Positions 13,501 to 25,995 of a stretch of DNA of 64,000 bases are shown one piece after another; position 1 is the stretch's first letter, and each line of letters starts with the position of its first letter. The DNA lies in assembly GCF_009914755.1 (NCBI RefSeq), contig NC_060947.1, one strand, 5' to 3'. The notes below the pieces were generated by a model. That model searched no databases. It was given only the letters and a program-made list of their open reading frames with translations, and was not told the origin of the DNA. Source of the DNA: the human T2T-CHM13v2.0 reference genome, Homo sapiens. Position numbers and translations under genes: made by a program.

Positions 13501-16500
13501 TGCATAGAGACCCACCACCAAGGTGGCAATAGAATATGGCATCTCTTCAGTTGGTTCCAAACTTAGCCTAAGGGAAAAGAGACTGTACCTAAGCATGCAC
13601 ACATTGACTGCATCCTTGCATTCCTCCAGTGGCATGTTCCTGCATAAACCCTTTTCATTTGATTATGGAGATTTCTGAACACTTCCTTTCTTATCTCTCT
13701 TATTAGACATTACTCAAGACATTATGAGCAATGGTTTCAAGAGTATTTTATGTACCCAAGTCATACGGGCAGTTTCAATAAGTGCCCCATAGCAAACAAA
13801 TAATCGTCTCTCAAACAGAGTGTAATACACTGCCACGTCTGAAAACTTTCTGCCCAATATTCCAGTCAATTGTCACTGCTGGACAGCACTCATTGTATTT
13901 TGCCATAAGCTCCCGTTTGCATAAATGTAAGTTGCAGGCACTTCCAAATCATATCTGAGTGTGGATCCTAAAGTCCTAAAGCCGTTGACTGAGACGCCAG
14001 TTTTTGCATTTTTGACATAGCCTGCTGTTGTTCAGGCCCCCATTCAAATATGGTCTTCTTAGAGGTAGTTTCATGGATTGAATCTAACAGCATTCTCTGA
14101 TATGATGTATGAATCCTCCAAAATCCAAAAGACTCAACCACGTGCTGTGCTTCTTGCCTATTTACGGGGTAAGCAATGATGGCATTTTATTTTTAGTTGC
14201 CTGTGGGATGTCCCAGTGGCTTCTGCCCATGTTATTCCCAAGAATTTCATCGTTTATACCAGTCCTTGAATCTCTGCTGGGTGGATCAACTATCTTTGCT
14301 TTGTCCTATGTGTCACCACTGCATTTAAGTAATTTTAGCTCATCCTTTGTTTTCTGATATTATTATGAAATCCTCTATGTAGTTTATTACTGTGCTTGAT
14401 ACATGGATCAAGTTCAAATCTTTCCTGACCAAATTATGACAGCAAGCTGGTGAATTCAAATAATTCTGCAGCAAAATGGTGAGTGTAAATTGGGATCCTT
14501 CCTATACAAAGGAAAATTACAGTTGACTCTTTATTATAATTGGTGTTCAGGAAAAAAAGCATTTCCCAATTAACTGCTGAGTAGTTGCCTTCTTTAACCT
14601 GTATTTTTTTCATGATGATGCTATATGTGAGACTACATTATTCAAGCATTGATCACCTACTGTTAGTTTTCATGAACCATCTGCCTTTTCATAGGCTACA
14701 AAGTGCTATTGTACAACACTCCAGCTTTTAACATGTCATTAATTAAAGTGATAATCTGTTTTTTTCTCCACCAGGTATTCTTTACTGCTTCAAATTTACA
14801 ACCTGAGTGGGCTCAGAAAATTCTGTAGGCTCCCACTTATTATGTCCGATTAATACCACCTAACAGATAAACTTACATGCCGTTTGTTTTACCATAATTG
14901 TTAGAGGAAGTGTTTCCCAGCGGACATAATATCCATCTCAGTGATGCATGCAGGAAAAAGAGATACAACCACTTCACCTAGAGTCTCTTCAAACGTTTCA
15001 ATGTTTATCCAAACACTGACCTTTATTCCGTCAAACATTCTATCCTGATATCCTCCCGATATTACTGTCAACTCTATCAATGCCACTTTATTCTTCACAT
15101 TCCTTAGTAATTATTTACATTTTTTGGCTTTGCTGAAGTGAGTCCCTTGACTCACTCCCTTTTCTTTCTTCATTCTCTTGTGGATCATTATAATTTTCTT
15201 AGCATCTGAGAGACCCATGGGGGAAGCTGAGATAACAAATCTGATACAGCTTCTCAAATCATTGCTTGATTTTACAACAGCAAGATTTCATGGGGTGACC
15301 ATGCAACACGTTCCCCTAAGTCACAGAATTCAACATGACCTGAGTAACAGGCATAATAAGTATATAAACACCCTGGTCTTTGCAAAGCCAATCCAGCATG
15401 GATTGCATATGCAGCACATCAGGCTGCTTCATCTAAGAGTTTCACTTATATTTTAAAGGAGGGGAAAAAATCCTTCCTCTTTTCATGCTAAAGAAACTTC
15501 ACAGTGGCTTTTATTCAGTATACAAGGCTAGGGATCCCCTCAGGAAAAACCACTTGCGTGTTTGGATCATGTACAGCCATCTATTCAATAGTAAGTCGTG
15601 AGTCCTGCATCAACCCAAACATACTCCTCCATTCTGCAGCATTCAAAACCAAGGAGACTGCTCCTAACTTAATCACTCTCACAATCCATTTTTACTCAGT
15701 GATTTTCAGGAAGCTGATGATATGACTCCAGAAGAGGAGACAGCTCTTTAACGCCATACCCACCGGTTTCAGTAGTTTCTCAGATTTGCCTCCACCTGCC
15801 ACCTGGAATATATTCTTGGTGAGCAGAGGTCATAGAAGTGCTATCTCTTGTTGCAGCACAATTTTCATCTTATAGCAGTTCTGAGACTAGGAATCATAGC
15901 TCCGACTAGCTACAATTTGAATTTCATGCAGTGCTGGGATCTACCCCAAAACTCTCCTGCACTTTCATTTTATTTATTGCAGATAAAAAATAACTAAGAG
16001 GTTGTCTATTTGGCTTTTTTCTCATTGTATTGTATTTTTTCATGTATCCAGGGAAGCCACCTCCTCATGATTGTAAATCCCATCGTTATGTGACATTCAC
16101 CTCAAGTAACTGATCATATAACAGCTGTTTTGTACAATGGGTGACTCAATAGACATCCAGGCATCAAAGGTTTGTCATCCACTACCCCTTTATCCTTCCT
16201 CTCTTCAAAGAATCCTTTCACCATGATTTGGTGAGTCAGATTGTTTTAGCAAATCTCACTTCTGAAGCCAACTCTGTTGGGTATCATGACCACCTTCAGG
16301 CTCCATGATTCACCAAAAGAACTCGGATGACTCAGAGAAGCTCTTGTACTCACAGGTATGGTTTATTATAATGAAAGGATACAGATTACAGTCAGGAAAG
16401 GGAAAAAGCCACATGAGGCAAAGTGAAAGAAAAATTAGGTACAATCTTTTTAGTGTCCCTTCCCAGATAAGTCAGACATGGATACATCTAATTATACCAG

Positions 16501-16845
16501 AAATGATGTGTGCCAACTATGAAAGATGACTTGAGCCTTGAAGTCCAGGCTTTTATTATGGGTCAGTCATGTAGCCATGTAGCACCTGCATGACTGACCA
16601 CAGCTACGCAGATTCTAGTCCATCCCTCAGAGCAAAAATAGACATTCACAATAATTCGCATTGTTAGGATAAACTTAACTAGTCAAACAGGTAGAGCATG
16701 GCCCATGGACTCTGACATGCAAAACCAAACTTGTTAGTAAGAACATTTCACGGACTCAGAGGTTATCTCTCAGGAGCATCAAGAAGACAGGGCCTTGTTT
16801 GGACTACATGTTGAGGCCTGCTGAGTTAACCCTTCACTTTCCACA
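10046..16845 (-). mobile_element. Ancient class III (ERVL-type) provirus with two LTRs (MER68/MER77/MER21-like LTR family), decayed gag-pro-pol-dUTPase
   Basis: Homologous LTRs at ~10046-10709 and ~16275-16845; tRNA-Leu-like PBS TGGCTTCAGAAGTGAGATT (rc of 16252-16270); purine-rich PPT-like tract next to 10710; minus-strand RT remnants VVNLKQ*RIPGG (~14770-14800), FTLTILLQNYLNSPACCHNLVRKD (~14420-14490), YIED (14370-14381). Confidence 0.85.
14100..14860 (-). pseudogene. Decayed ERVL-type reverse transcriptase region
   Basis: Manual translation matches ERVL RT motifs (QYRIPGG, DGSWRMTVDY, TVLPQGYINSPALCHN, YIDD) with stops and frameshifts. Confidence 0.8.
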
Positions 16846-18619
16846 ATAAACATAAAGAATAAATATTACTCTTGCCAAATCCATGCCCAATAAATTAAAA
16901 GTTTCATAAGGTTAATCAAGAAATAAAATGTCCAAATGCAGAGTTTTAAATTTCCATGCTTCTAATAAAAATAGTGATTAATTTTATATCATTTCTCTTA
17001 GGTTGAAAATAAAATCAGTAAACAAAAAATAGTTTTCAGTTATCCAACAGATAGGCATACCTTATAAAAGTTAATTTGGAAGCCATATTTTGATAATCCC
17101 CAGCCAGGTGGTTAGTTTACATAGGTCTAAAGGAAATATCAGGTGTGGCATTTTCTCTATATAAGAGTATGTTTCTTTAAATTACCCACATGAATACCAA
17201 CACCCATGGAATAAAAAATATTTTTTCTAACAACAGAAATTTCAAGCTTATACCTTGGAGATTTTTGTGTGATGTAGCTGGTGTAAATGTAAAGGCACCT
17301 GAAATTTCTGAAAAGTAATGAAAAAAGAAACTTTTTTATTACTATATAAGACAGTCCATAATGGTTCTGATTAATAAACGTGTTTTGGCTATTCTGGCTC
17401 CTACATAAGTATTACAATTGCTTTGTATAATTAAAAATAAATTTTGAAAATTGATGGGATATTCAATTTGTAGGACAATTCAGAGAGATTTTAGGTCTTC
17501 GCTAAAGTTTCCATTTTTTTCTAATAAGTAATACCCTTTTTGGCAGGGAAATTTTTAATACATAATGTTAAAACTAAAAGTATTATAAACATTTATGAAA
17601 GCATAAAATTAACCTCAGATTTCTTAAAAGAATGGAAAACTTTAGCTTTCTTTCTGATCATCCAAATTTTATTCTATGTCTATCAACAGAATCCAATTGA
17701 AATTATCAAAGGCTAACTAGGTTCTCCCCGCACAGGTGTCAGGCTATTTCAGAATACAGAAACAAGAGAAGAGAAGTGAATGGATAACTGGTGACTCGTC
17801 TACTTCTGGCTTTACTCATGAGGAGAGAACCGTTTCTTCCAAGTAACAGAAGTCTCAGATACAGCTTCTTCAATAAAATATATCATCCTCCCATACACAC
17901 ACACAAATAAACATATATATACACAGTCGCAGTTATGATAGACGCCCAATAGGGCTGGTATGCATGTAGGTATGCCACCTTTCCTTCCTGTTAATATCCC
18001 TAATAATTATTTCTATCTCCAGCTATTAAATAGCATTTCCCAGTTGCCATTAAACCATAATATCAGCATAACAATCAGCTTGATGTTAGCTTTCCATGGA
18101 AACTGGGATACACAAATTCATACTTAGAATCACCATCAATGAATAAATAAATAAAATGTCTGGCATTCTTGTCAGACAAACCAAACCTGTTTCAGTCTCT
18201 ATTCAGGACTACCTTAGAATGTGGAAATCACAGACGCTTGTACGAAAGGAATCTCAAATTCCATGCAGCCACAAACCCAGTGCAAACATTCAATAGCTCC
18301 AGATGACCTAGTACACAAGATTAACACATTTTTTCCATTACACCTTAAACATATCATCAGGATCATGGCCTTGTGCCACAGCTAAGTGGCTCACACATGA
18401 CTCACAATGCTAAAACTCACAGAATACATGAGTGAATGAATGAATGAGACAGAAGAATATCTGTTAGAATCTAGACACAGAGATGACTCTAATGAGGAAG
18501 CAAAGTCTGAGAAATAAGTGAGAATGGCATTTTCCTTCCATCAAGGTCTCCGACAAATTTAGAATACTCTATCTGACATCAGCATAAAAACACCATTAGC
18601 AAGACATCATTTAAATATA

Positions 18620-19170
18620 TGTATTGTGGTACAATTAATATAACATTCAGCTGTTTTAAGTGCATGAAATTGAATGATTTTGTATTAAAGGTACACAGTT
18701 ATGCAACCCTCACCACAATCTATATACACCCTATTCAATTTTAGAACATTTCTGATATCTCAAAAAGATCTTTGTGCCCATTTGCAGTCCATCCCTGCTC
18801 CCAATCCCAGATGCAGACCTAGGCAACCACTAATATGCTTTCTGTCTCCATGGTCATACTTTTTCTGAGTATTTCATAAAATCAAAACATACATTGCATG
18901 TTCTTTTGTGACTAGCTTATTTCATTTAGCAGAAGATGTCCAAATTTCATACATGTTGTAGCATTTATCAACACTTCTTTTCATGGCTGAATAATATCTC
19001 ACAAATATAACACATTGTCTTTATTCATCCATCTGTTGATGAACATTGAGTTGTTAAATTTATTCCTAAGTATTTTATTCATGTTATGTTACTGTATGCA
19101 CAATGGATCTACTAATTTCATTATTGTATTGTTCATTGCTAATTGCAACTAAACATAATTGATGTTTATA
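18620..19170 (-). mobile_element. Old L1 (L1MB-like) 3' end
   Basis: T-rich antisense L1 3'UTR motifs (TAGGCAACCACTAATATGCTTTCTGTCTC, ATTCATCCATCTGTTGATGAACA). Confidence 0.7.
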
Positions 19171-21293
19171 TACATATATATTTTACTTTAAAACATACAA
19201 TTAGGTTATTTTTGACTATAATCACCCTGTTGTTGCTATTAAACATTAGTCTTGTTCATTCCTTCTAATTATATTTTTTAACCCATTAACCATCCCCACA
19301 TCCCCACTAGTCCCTGACTACCATTCTCAGCCTCTGGTAACCATCTTTCTACTCTCTATGTCCATGAGTTCACTTACATTGATTTTTAGATCCTACAGAT
19401 AAGTGAGAACATGTGATGTTTGTCTTTCTGTGTCTGGCTTATTTCACTTAACATAGTGATCTCCAGTTCCATCCATATTGTTGCAAATCACTGAATCTTA
19501 TTTTACTATGGCTGAATAGTACTCCATTGGGCATATGTACCACATTTTCTTTATCCATTTATCTGTTGATGGACACTTAGGTTGCTCCCCAATCTTGGTT
19601 ATTGTAAACTGTGCAGCAGCAAACATCTGAATACAGATATCTCTTCAATATACTGATTTCCTTTCCTTTGTGTATCTACCCGGATGTGAGACTGCTAGGT
19701 CATATGGTAGCTCTATTTTTAATTTTTTGAGGAACCTCCAAACTATTCTCTATAGTGGTTGTACTAATTTACATTCCCGCCAACAGAGTACAGAAGTTTC
19801 CTTTTCTGCACATCCTCACCAGTATTTGTTATTGCCTGCCTTTTCGATATAAGTGATTTTAACTGGGGTGAGATGATATCTCACTGTAGTTTGGATTTGC
19901 ATTTGTCTGATGATCAATAATGTTGAGCACCTTTTAATATTCCTGTTTGTCATTTGTATGTCTTCTTTTGAGAAATATCTGTTCAAATCACTTGTCTAAT
20001 TTTTATTAGATCGAATTATTAGATTTTTTATAGAGTTGTTTGAGCTCGTTATATATTCTTGTTATTGATCCTTTGTCAGATTGGTAGTTTGCAAATATTT
20101 TATCCCATTATGTGGGTTTTCTTTTCACTTTGTTGATTATATACTTCATTGTGCAGAAGCTTTTTAACTTGATGTGATCCCATTTATCCCGTTTTGCTTT
20201 GGTTGTCTGTGCTTGTGGGGTATTGCTCAATAAATTTTTGGCCAGACCAATGTCCTGCAGATTTTTCTCGAAGTTTTCTTGTAGTAGTTTGATAGTTTGA
20301 GGTCTTATATTTAAGTCTTCAATCCACTTTTATTTTATTCTTGTATATGGCAAGATGTAAGGGTCTAGTCTCATTCTTCTGCATACGAATATCCAGTTTT
20401 CCCAGCACCATTTATTGAAGAGACCGTCTTTTCCCCAATGTATTTTCTTGGTATCTTTGTTGAAAACGAGTTTGCTGTAGGTGTGTGAATTTGTTTCTGG
20501 TTTCTCTAGTCTGATCCATTGGTTATGTGTCTGTTTTTATGCCAGTACCATGCTGTTTAGGTTACTATAGCTCTGCGGTATAATTTGAAGTCAGGTAATG
20601 AAATCCCTCCAGTTTTGTTCTTTTTGCTCAGGGTAGCTTTGGTGATTCTGGATCTTTGGTAGTCCATACAAATTTTAGGACTGTTTTTTTCTATTTTGTT
20701 TTTTGAAAAAAAAAATGGCATTGGTATTTTGATAGAGATTGCATTGACTCTGTAGATTGCTTTGGGTAGTATGGACATTTTAACAATATTGATTCTTCCA
20801 ATCCATGAACATGGAACATTTTTCCATCTTTTAGTGTCTTCTTTGATTTATTTGTATAGTGTTTTATAGTTTATATTATAGAGATCTTTCACTACTTTGG
20901 TTAATTCCCAGGTCTTTAATTTTATGTGTGGCTATCATAGATGGAATTACTTTTAATTTCTTTTTCATATATTTCACTGTTGGCATATAGAAATGCTACT
21001 CATTTTTGTGTGTTGATTTTGTATCCTGCAATTTCACTGAATTTATCAGTTCTAAAAACTTCTTTATGGAGTCTTTAGGTTTTTCCAAATATAAAATCAT
21101 ATCATCTGCAAACAAGGATAATTTGACTTCTTCCTTTCCAATTCGAATGCCTTTTATGTCTTTCTCTTGTCTGATCGCTCTAGCTAGGACTTCCAGTACT
21201 GTGCTGAATAACAGTGGTGACAGTGGGCACCCTTGTTGTGTTCCAGATCTTAGAGGAAAAGCTTTCAGATTTTCCCCATTCAGTATGATACTA

Positions 21294-22559
21294 TCAGGTT
21301 GGTGCAAAAGTAACTGCAGTTTTTCCACTGTTAAAATTTGCAATTTGATATTGGAATATATTCTTAAATAAACGTGATTATGTTACACATGATTTTAATG
21401 CACATTTCTCACTTCATGCTTTTTTGATTATGGCATTAATTGCTGTTTATTTTATATTTACTTTAGACTATGGAAATGACATTAGACAAAAAGCAAATAA
21501 TTGGTGTGATTTTCTTACATGAGTTCAAAATGGGTCCTAAAGCAGCGGAGACAAGTCACAATACCGACAATGCACTTGGCCCAGGAACTGCTAATGAACA
21601 GACAGTACAGGGGTGGTTCGAGAAATTTTGCAAAGAGGACAAGAGCCTTAATGATGAGGAGCACAGTGGCTGGCCATCAGAAGTTGACAACGACCAGTTG
21701 AAAGCAATCATCGAAGCTGATTCTCTTACCACCACAGGAGAAGTTGCCAAATAACTAAATGTTGACCATTCTATGGTCATTAGGCATTTGAAGCGGAAGG
21801 TGAAAAAGTTTGATAAATGGGTGCCTAATGAGCTGAGCAAAAATTAAAAAAAAATCGTCGTTTTGAAGTGTCATCTTCTCTTACTCTACCAATGAATCAT
21901 TTCTTGATTGGATTGTGACATGCGATAAAAAAAAAATGGATTTCAAACGACAACTGGTGAAGACCAGCTCAACGGTTGGACTGAGAAGAAGCTCCAAAGC
22001 ACTTTCCAAAGCCAAACTTGCACCAAAAAAAGGCCATGGCCACTGTTTGGTGGTCTGCTGCCAGTCTGATCCACTACAGCTTTATGAATCCCAGCGAAAC
22101 CGTTACATCTGAGAAGTATGCTCAGCAATTCAATGAGATGCATCAAAAGCTGCAATGCCTGCAGCTGACATTCGTCAACAGAAAGGTCCCAATTCTCCAT
22201 GACAACGCCCAACCGCACATCGCACAATCAACGCTTCAAAAGTTGTACGAATTGGGCTACGGAGTTTTGCCTCATCTGCCATATTCGTTTGACCTCTCAC
22301 CAACTGACTACCACTTCTTCAAGCAAAGCAACAATATTTTTCAGGGAAAAGACTTCCACAAGCAGCAGCATGCAGGAAATGCTTTCCATGAGTTCATCAA
22401 ATACCAAAGCATGGATTTCTACATGACAGGAATAAACAAACTTATTTCTCATTGTCAAAAAATGTGTTGATTATAATGGTTTCTATTTTGATAAATAAAG
22501 ATGTGACTGAGCCTAGTTATAATGATTTAAAACCGCAATTACTTTTGCACCAACCTTTT
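21294..22559 (+). mobile_element. Full-length Hsmar1 mariner DNA transposon (inactive)
   Basis: TA at 21292-21293 then left TIR TCAGGTTGGTGCAAAAGTAACTGCAGTT; right TIR AACCGCAATTACTTTTGCACCAACCT at 22531-22556; ~1.27 kb; inserted in a TA of the L1 (ATGATACTA|GCTGTGGG). Confidence 0.97.
21470..22493 (+). pseudogene. Hsmar1 transposase pseudogene (paralogous to the SETMAR transposase domain)
   Basis: MEMTLDKKQI..FEFKMG-like start, WVPNEL, TCD, LHDNA, YSFDLSPTDYHFF motifs; stop at 21752-21754 and frameshifts. Confidence 0.95.
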
Positions 22560-22713
22560 GCTGTGGGTCTGTCATATATGGCTTTTATTAGGTTAAGATA
22601 TGTTTCTTCTATCCCCAATTTTTTTAGGGTTTTCATCAGGAAGAAATGTTGAATGATTTTTTATATATTGACATTGTATCCTACAACCACACTGGGCTCA
22701 TTTGTTAGCTCTA

Positions 22714-23004
22714 TTTTTTTTTTGCAACAGGGTCTTTTTCTGTCACCTAGGCTGGAGTGTAGTGGTGCCACAGCACCTCACTGCAGCCTCAACTTCTGGC
22801 TGAAGGGATCCTGCCAACTCACCCTCCCAATGGCTGGAACTACAGGCACACACCACTGCGCTCAGCTAATTAAAAAATGTTTCTGGTAGAGACAGGGTTT
22901 TGCCATGTTGCCCAGGCTGCTCTCAAGCTCCTGAGTTCAAGTGATCTTCCTCCCTCACCCTCCCAAAGTGTTGAGATTACAGGGATGAGCCACTGTGCCC
23001 AGTC
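22714..23004 (-). mobile_element. Alu (AluJ-like)
   Basis: Poly-T followed by diverged antisense Alu dimer ending GAGCCACTGTGCCCAGTC. Confidence 0.9.
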
Positions 23005-23119
23005 AGTTTTAATTTTTTAATGTGGATTCTTTTCAGAATTCTATATATAAGATCATGCCTTCTGCAAATAGAAATAATTTTACTTCTTTTTCAATTTTCA
23101 TGTCTTTTCTTTTTTCTAA

Positions 23120-23490
23120 TTTATTTTTAATTAAAAAATAAAAGTATATATATTTATTATGTGAATATGATGTTTTGAAATATGTATACTTTGTAGATTG
23201 GCTAAATAGAGCAAATTAATACATGGATTAACTCACATAGTTACCATTTTTTGTGATGAGAACACTTAAAATGTACTCTTATCCGTTTTCAAGAACAATA
23301 TATTGTTATCAAATATAGTCTGTTATTAAGTATAGTCACTATATTGTACAATAGATCTCTTGAATCAATTCCTGTTAACTGAAATTTTTTATCCTTTGAT
23401 CAACATCTCCCCCATACTCCCCTAGATCTGCCCTAGTAACCACCATTCTTACTCTCTACTTCTATGAGTTCAACTTTTTACATTTACATG
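23120..23490 (-). mobile_element. L1MA 3' end fragment
   Basis: Antisense L1MA 3'UTR motifs (GTACAATAGATCTCTTGAA, AACCACCATTCTTACTCTCTACTTCTATGAGTTCAAC). Confidence 0.75.
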
Positions 23491-23496
23491 TACATG

Positions 23497-23625
23497 GGGG
23501 TACTGAGGCAGGAGGAGTACTTGATCCGGGGATTGATTGTTCAACCCAGGAGATCAAGGCTGCAGTGAGTCAAGATTGTGTCACTGCACTCCAGCCTGGG
23601 TGAAAAACTGAGACCTTGTTTAAAA
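23497..23625 (+). mobile_element. Alu right-monomer fragment
   Basis: TGAGGCAGGAGGA..GGCTGCAGTGAG..CACTGCACTCCAGCCTGGGTG. Confidence 0.8.
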
Positions 23626-23679
23626 CACACAATGTGTGTGTGTATATATTTCTATATATATACATATTCTCTCTCTAAA

Positions 23680-24000
23680 TAAATATATTAATATATAATA
23701 TATTATATATTATATATAATACACATATAATATATAATATATTTTATTTATATATAATATATTTATTATATATATATTATATATATAATATATATTATAT
23801 ATATAATAAATATATGTATAATATATTTATTATATATAATACACATATAATATATAATATATATAATATATATAATATATAATATATATAATATATAATA
23901 TATATAATATATAATATATATAATATATATAATGTATATAATATATAATATATATAATATATATAATATATATAATATATAATATATTTTATATTATATA
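23680..24000. repeat. Almost pure A/T (TATAA/TATATAA)n low-complexity tract
   Basis: ~320 bp with only a handful of C/G bases. Confidence 0.95.
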
Positions 24001-24146
24001 TTAGATAAATATATAATATATTTATCTAATGGATGATTTTGAACACATTTTGGTGTGCTTATTTGCCATCTGTATGTCTTTCTGACTAGGTATCTGTTCA
24101 AATCTTTGTCTATTTCTTAATTGTATCTTCTCTTCTTATTGTTGGG

Positions 24147-24357
24147 TGATATGGTTTGGCTGTGCCCCCACCCAAATCTCAACTTTAATTGTATCTCCTA
24201 GAATTCCCACGTGTTGTGGGAGGGACCCAGGGGGAGGTAATTGAATCTTGGGGGCCAGTCTTTCCCATGCTATTCTCATGATAAAGAATAAGTCTCACGA
24301 GATCTGATGGGTTTATCAGGGGTTTCCGCTTTTGCTTCTTCCTCATTTTTCTCTTGG
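24147..24357 (+). mobile_element. Partial THE1 (THE1D-like) LTR, duplicated copy in left palindrome arm
   Basis: TGATATGGTTTGGCTGTGCCCCCACCCAAATCTC..GGGTTTCCGCTTTTGCTTCTTCCTC, truncated. Confidence 0.85.
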
Positions 24358-24420
24358 CACTGGCTTCTTCCTCTATCATCTCCATTCTGCTTTTCAGACC
24401 ATCCAGTGATATTTTATATA

Positions 24421-24970
24421 TATATCACATATATGACATATATCCTATATTATATATCACATATGTGACATATATCCTATATTATATATCACATATGTGA
24501 CATATATCCTATATTATATATCACATATGTGACATATATCCTATATTATATATCACATATGTGACATATATCCTATATTATATATCACATATGTGACATA
24601 TATCCTATATTATATATCACATATGTGACATATATCCTATATTATATATCACATATGTGACATATATCCTATATTATATATCACATATGTGACATATATC
24701 CTATATTATATATCACATATGTGACATATATCCTATATTATATATCACATATGTGACATATATCCTATATTATATATCACATATGTGACATATATCCTAT
24801 ATTATATATCACATATGTGACATATATCCTATATTATATATCACATATGTGACATATATCCTATATTATATATCACATATGTGACATATATCCTATATTA
24901 TATATCACATATGTGACATATATCCTATATTATATATCACATATGTGACATATATCCTATATTATATATC
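24421..24970 (+). repeat. 32-bp minisatellite, ~17 copies (ATTATATATCACATATGTGACATATATCCTAT)
   Basis: CCTAT recurs every 32 bp from 24444 to 24956. Confidence 0.95.
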
Positions 24971-25449
24971 ATATATCATATATCGTATATATGATATGTA
25001 ATATAATATATATCATATATCGTATATATGATAGTAATATAATATATCATATATATGATATATGTAATATATTAATATATCATATATATGATATATGATA
25101 TATGATATATTAATATATCATATATATGATATATGATATATTAATATATCATATATATGATATATGATATATGATATATTAATATATCATATATATGATA
25201 TATGATATATGATATATGATATATATGATATATAACATATCATATATACGATATACATATCATATATGTATATACATATCATATACATATCATATATACA
25301 TATCATATACATATCGTATATACATATCATATACGATATATACATATCGTATATACATATCATATACGATATATACATATCGATATATACATATACACAT
25401 ATACGATATATACATATCGTATATACATATCATATATACGATATATGAT

Positions 25450-25932
25450 ATATAATATAGGATATATATCACATATGTGATATATAATATAGGATATATA
25501 TCACATATGTGATATATAATATAGGATATATGTCACATATGTGATATATAATATAGGATATATGTCACATATGTGATATATAATATAGGATATATGTCAC
25601 ATATGTGATATATAATATAGGATATATGTCACATATGTGATATATAATATAGGATATATGTCACATATGTGATATATAATATAGGATATATGTCACATAT
25701 GTGATATATAATATAGGATATATGTCACATATGTGATATATAATATAGGATATATGTCACATATGTGATATATAATATCGGATATATATCATATATGTGA
25801 TATATAATATCGGATATATATCATATATGTGATATATAATATAGGATATATATCGTATATGTGATATATAATATAGGATATATATCGTATATGTGATATA
25901 TAATATAGGATATATATCGTATATGTGATACA
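25450..25932 (-). repeat. Same 32-bp minisatellite in reverse orientation, ~15 copies
   Basis: ATAGG/ATCGG recurs every 32 bp from 25457 to 25905. Confidence 0.95.
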
Positions 25933-25995
25933 TATATAAAATATCACTGGATGATCTGAAAAGCAGAATGGAGATGATAGAGGAAGAAGCCAGTG

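Larger units (their letters stand above)
19180..22652 (-). mobile_element. L1MA-type LINE (3'UTR plus ORF2 RT region), split by Hsmar1
   Basis: ORF2 remnants in ORF track ([19 protein letters not shown]; [31 protein letters not shown]); L1 sequence resumes at 22560 (GCTGTGGGTCTGTCATATATGG). Confidence 0.9.

Noticed and set aside
21470-22493. Possible SETMAR exon or active mariner transposase
   Set aside because: Internal stop and frameshifts, both TIRs present, no SET-domain exons
24421-25932. 32-bp regularly spaced palindromic units superficially like a CRISPR array
   Set aside because: Units are directly adjacent with no unique spacers, no cas genes, primate context: a minisatellite
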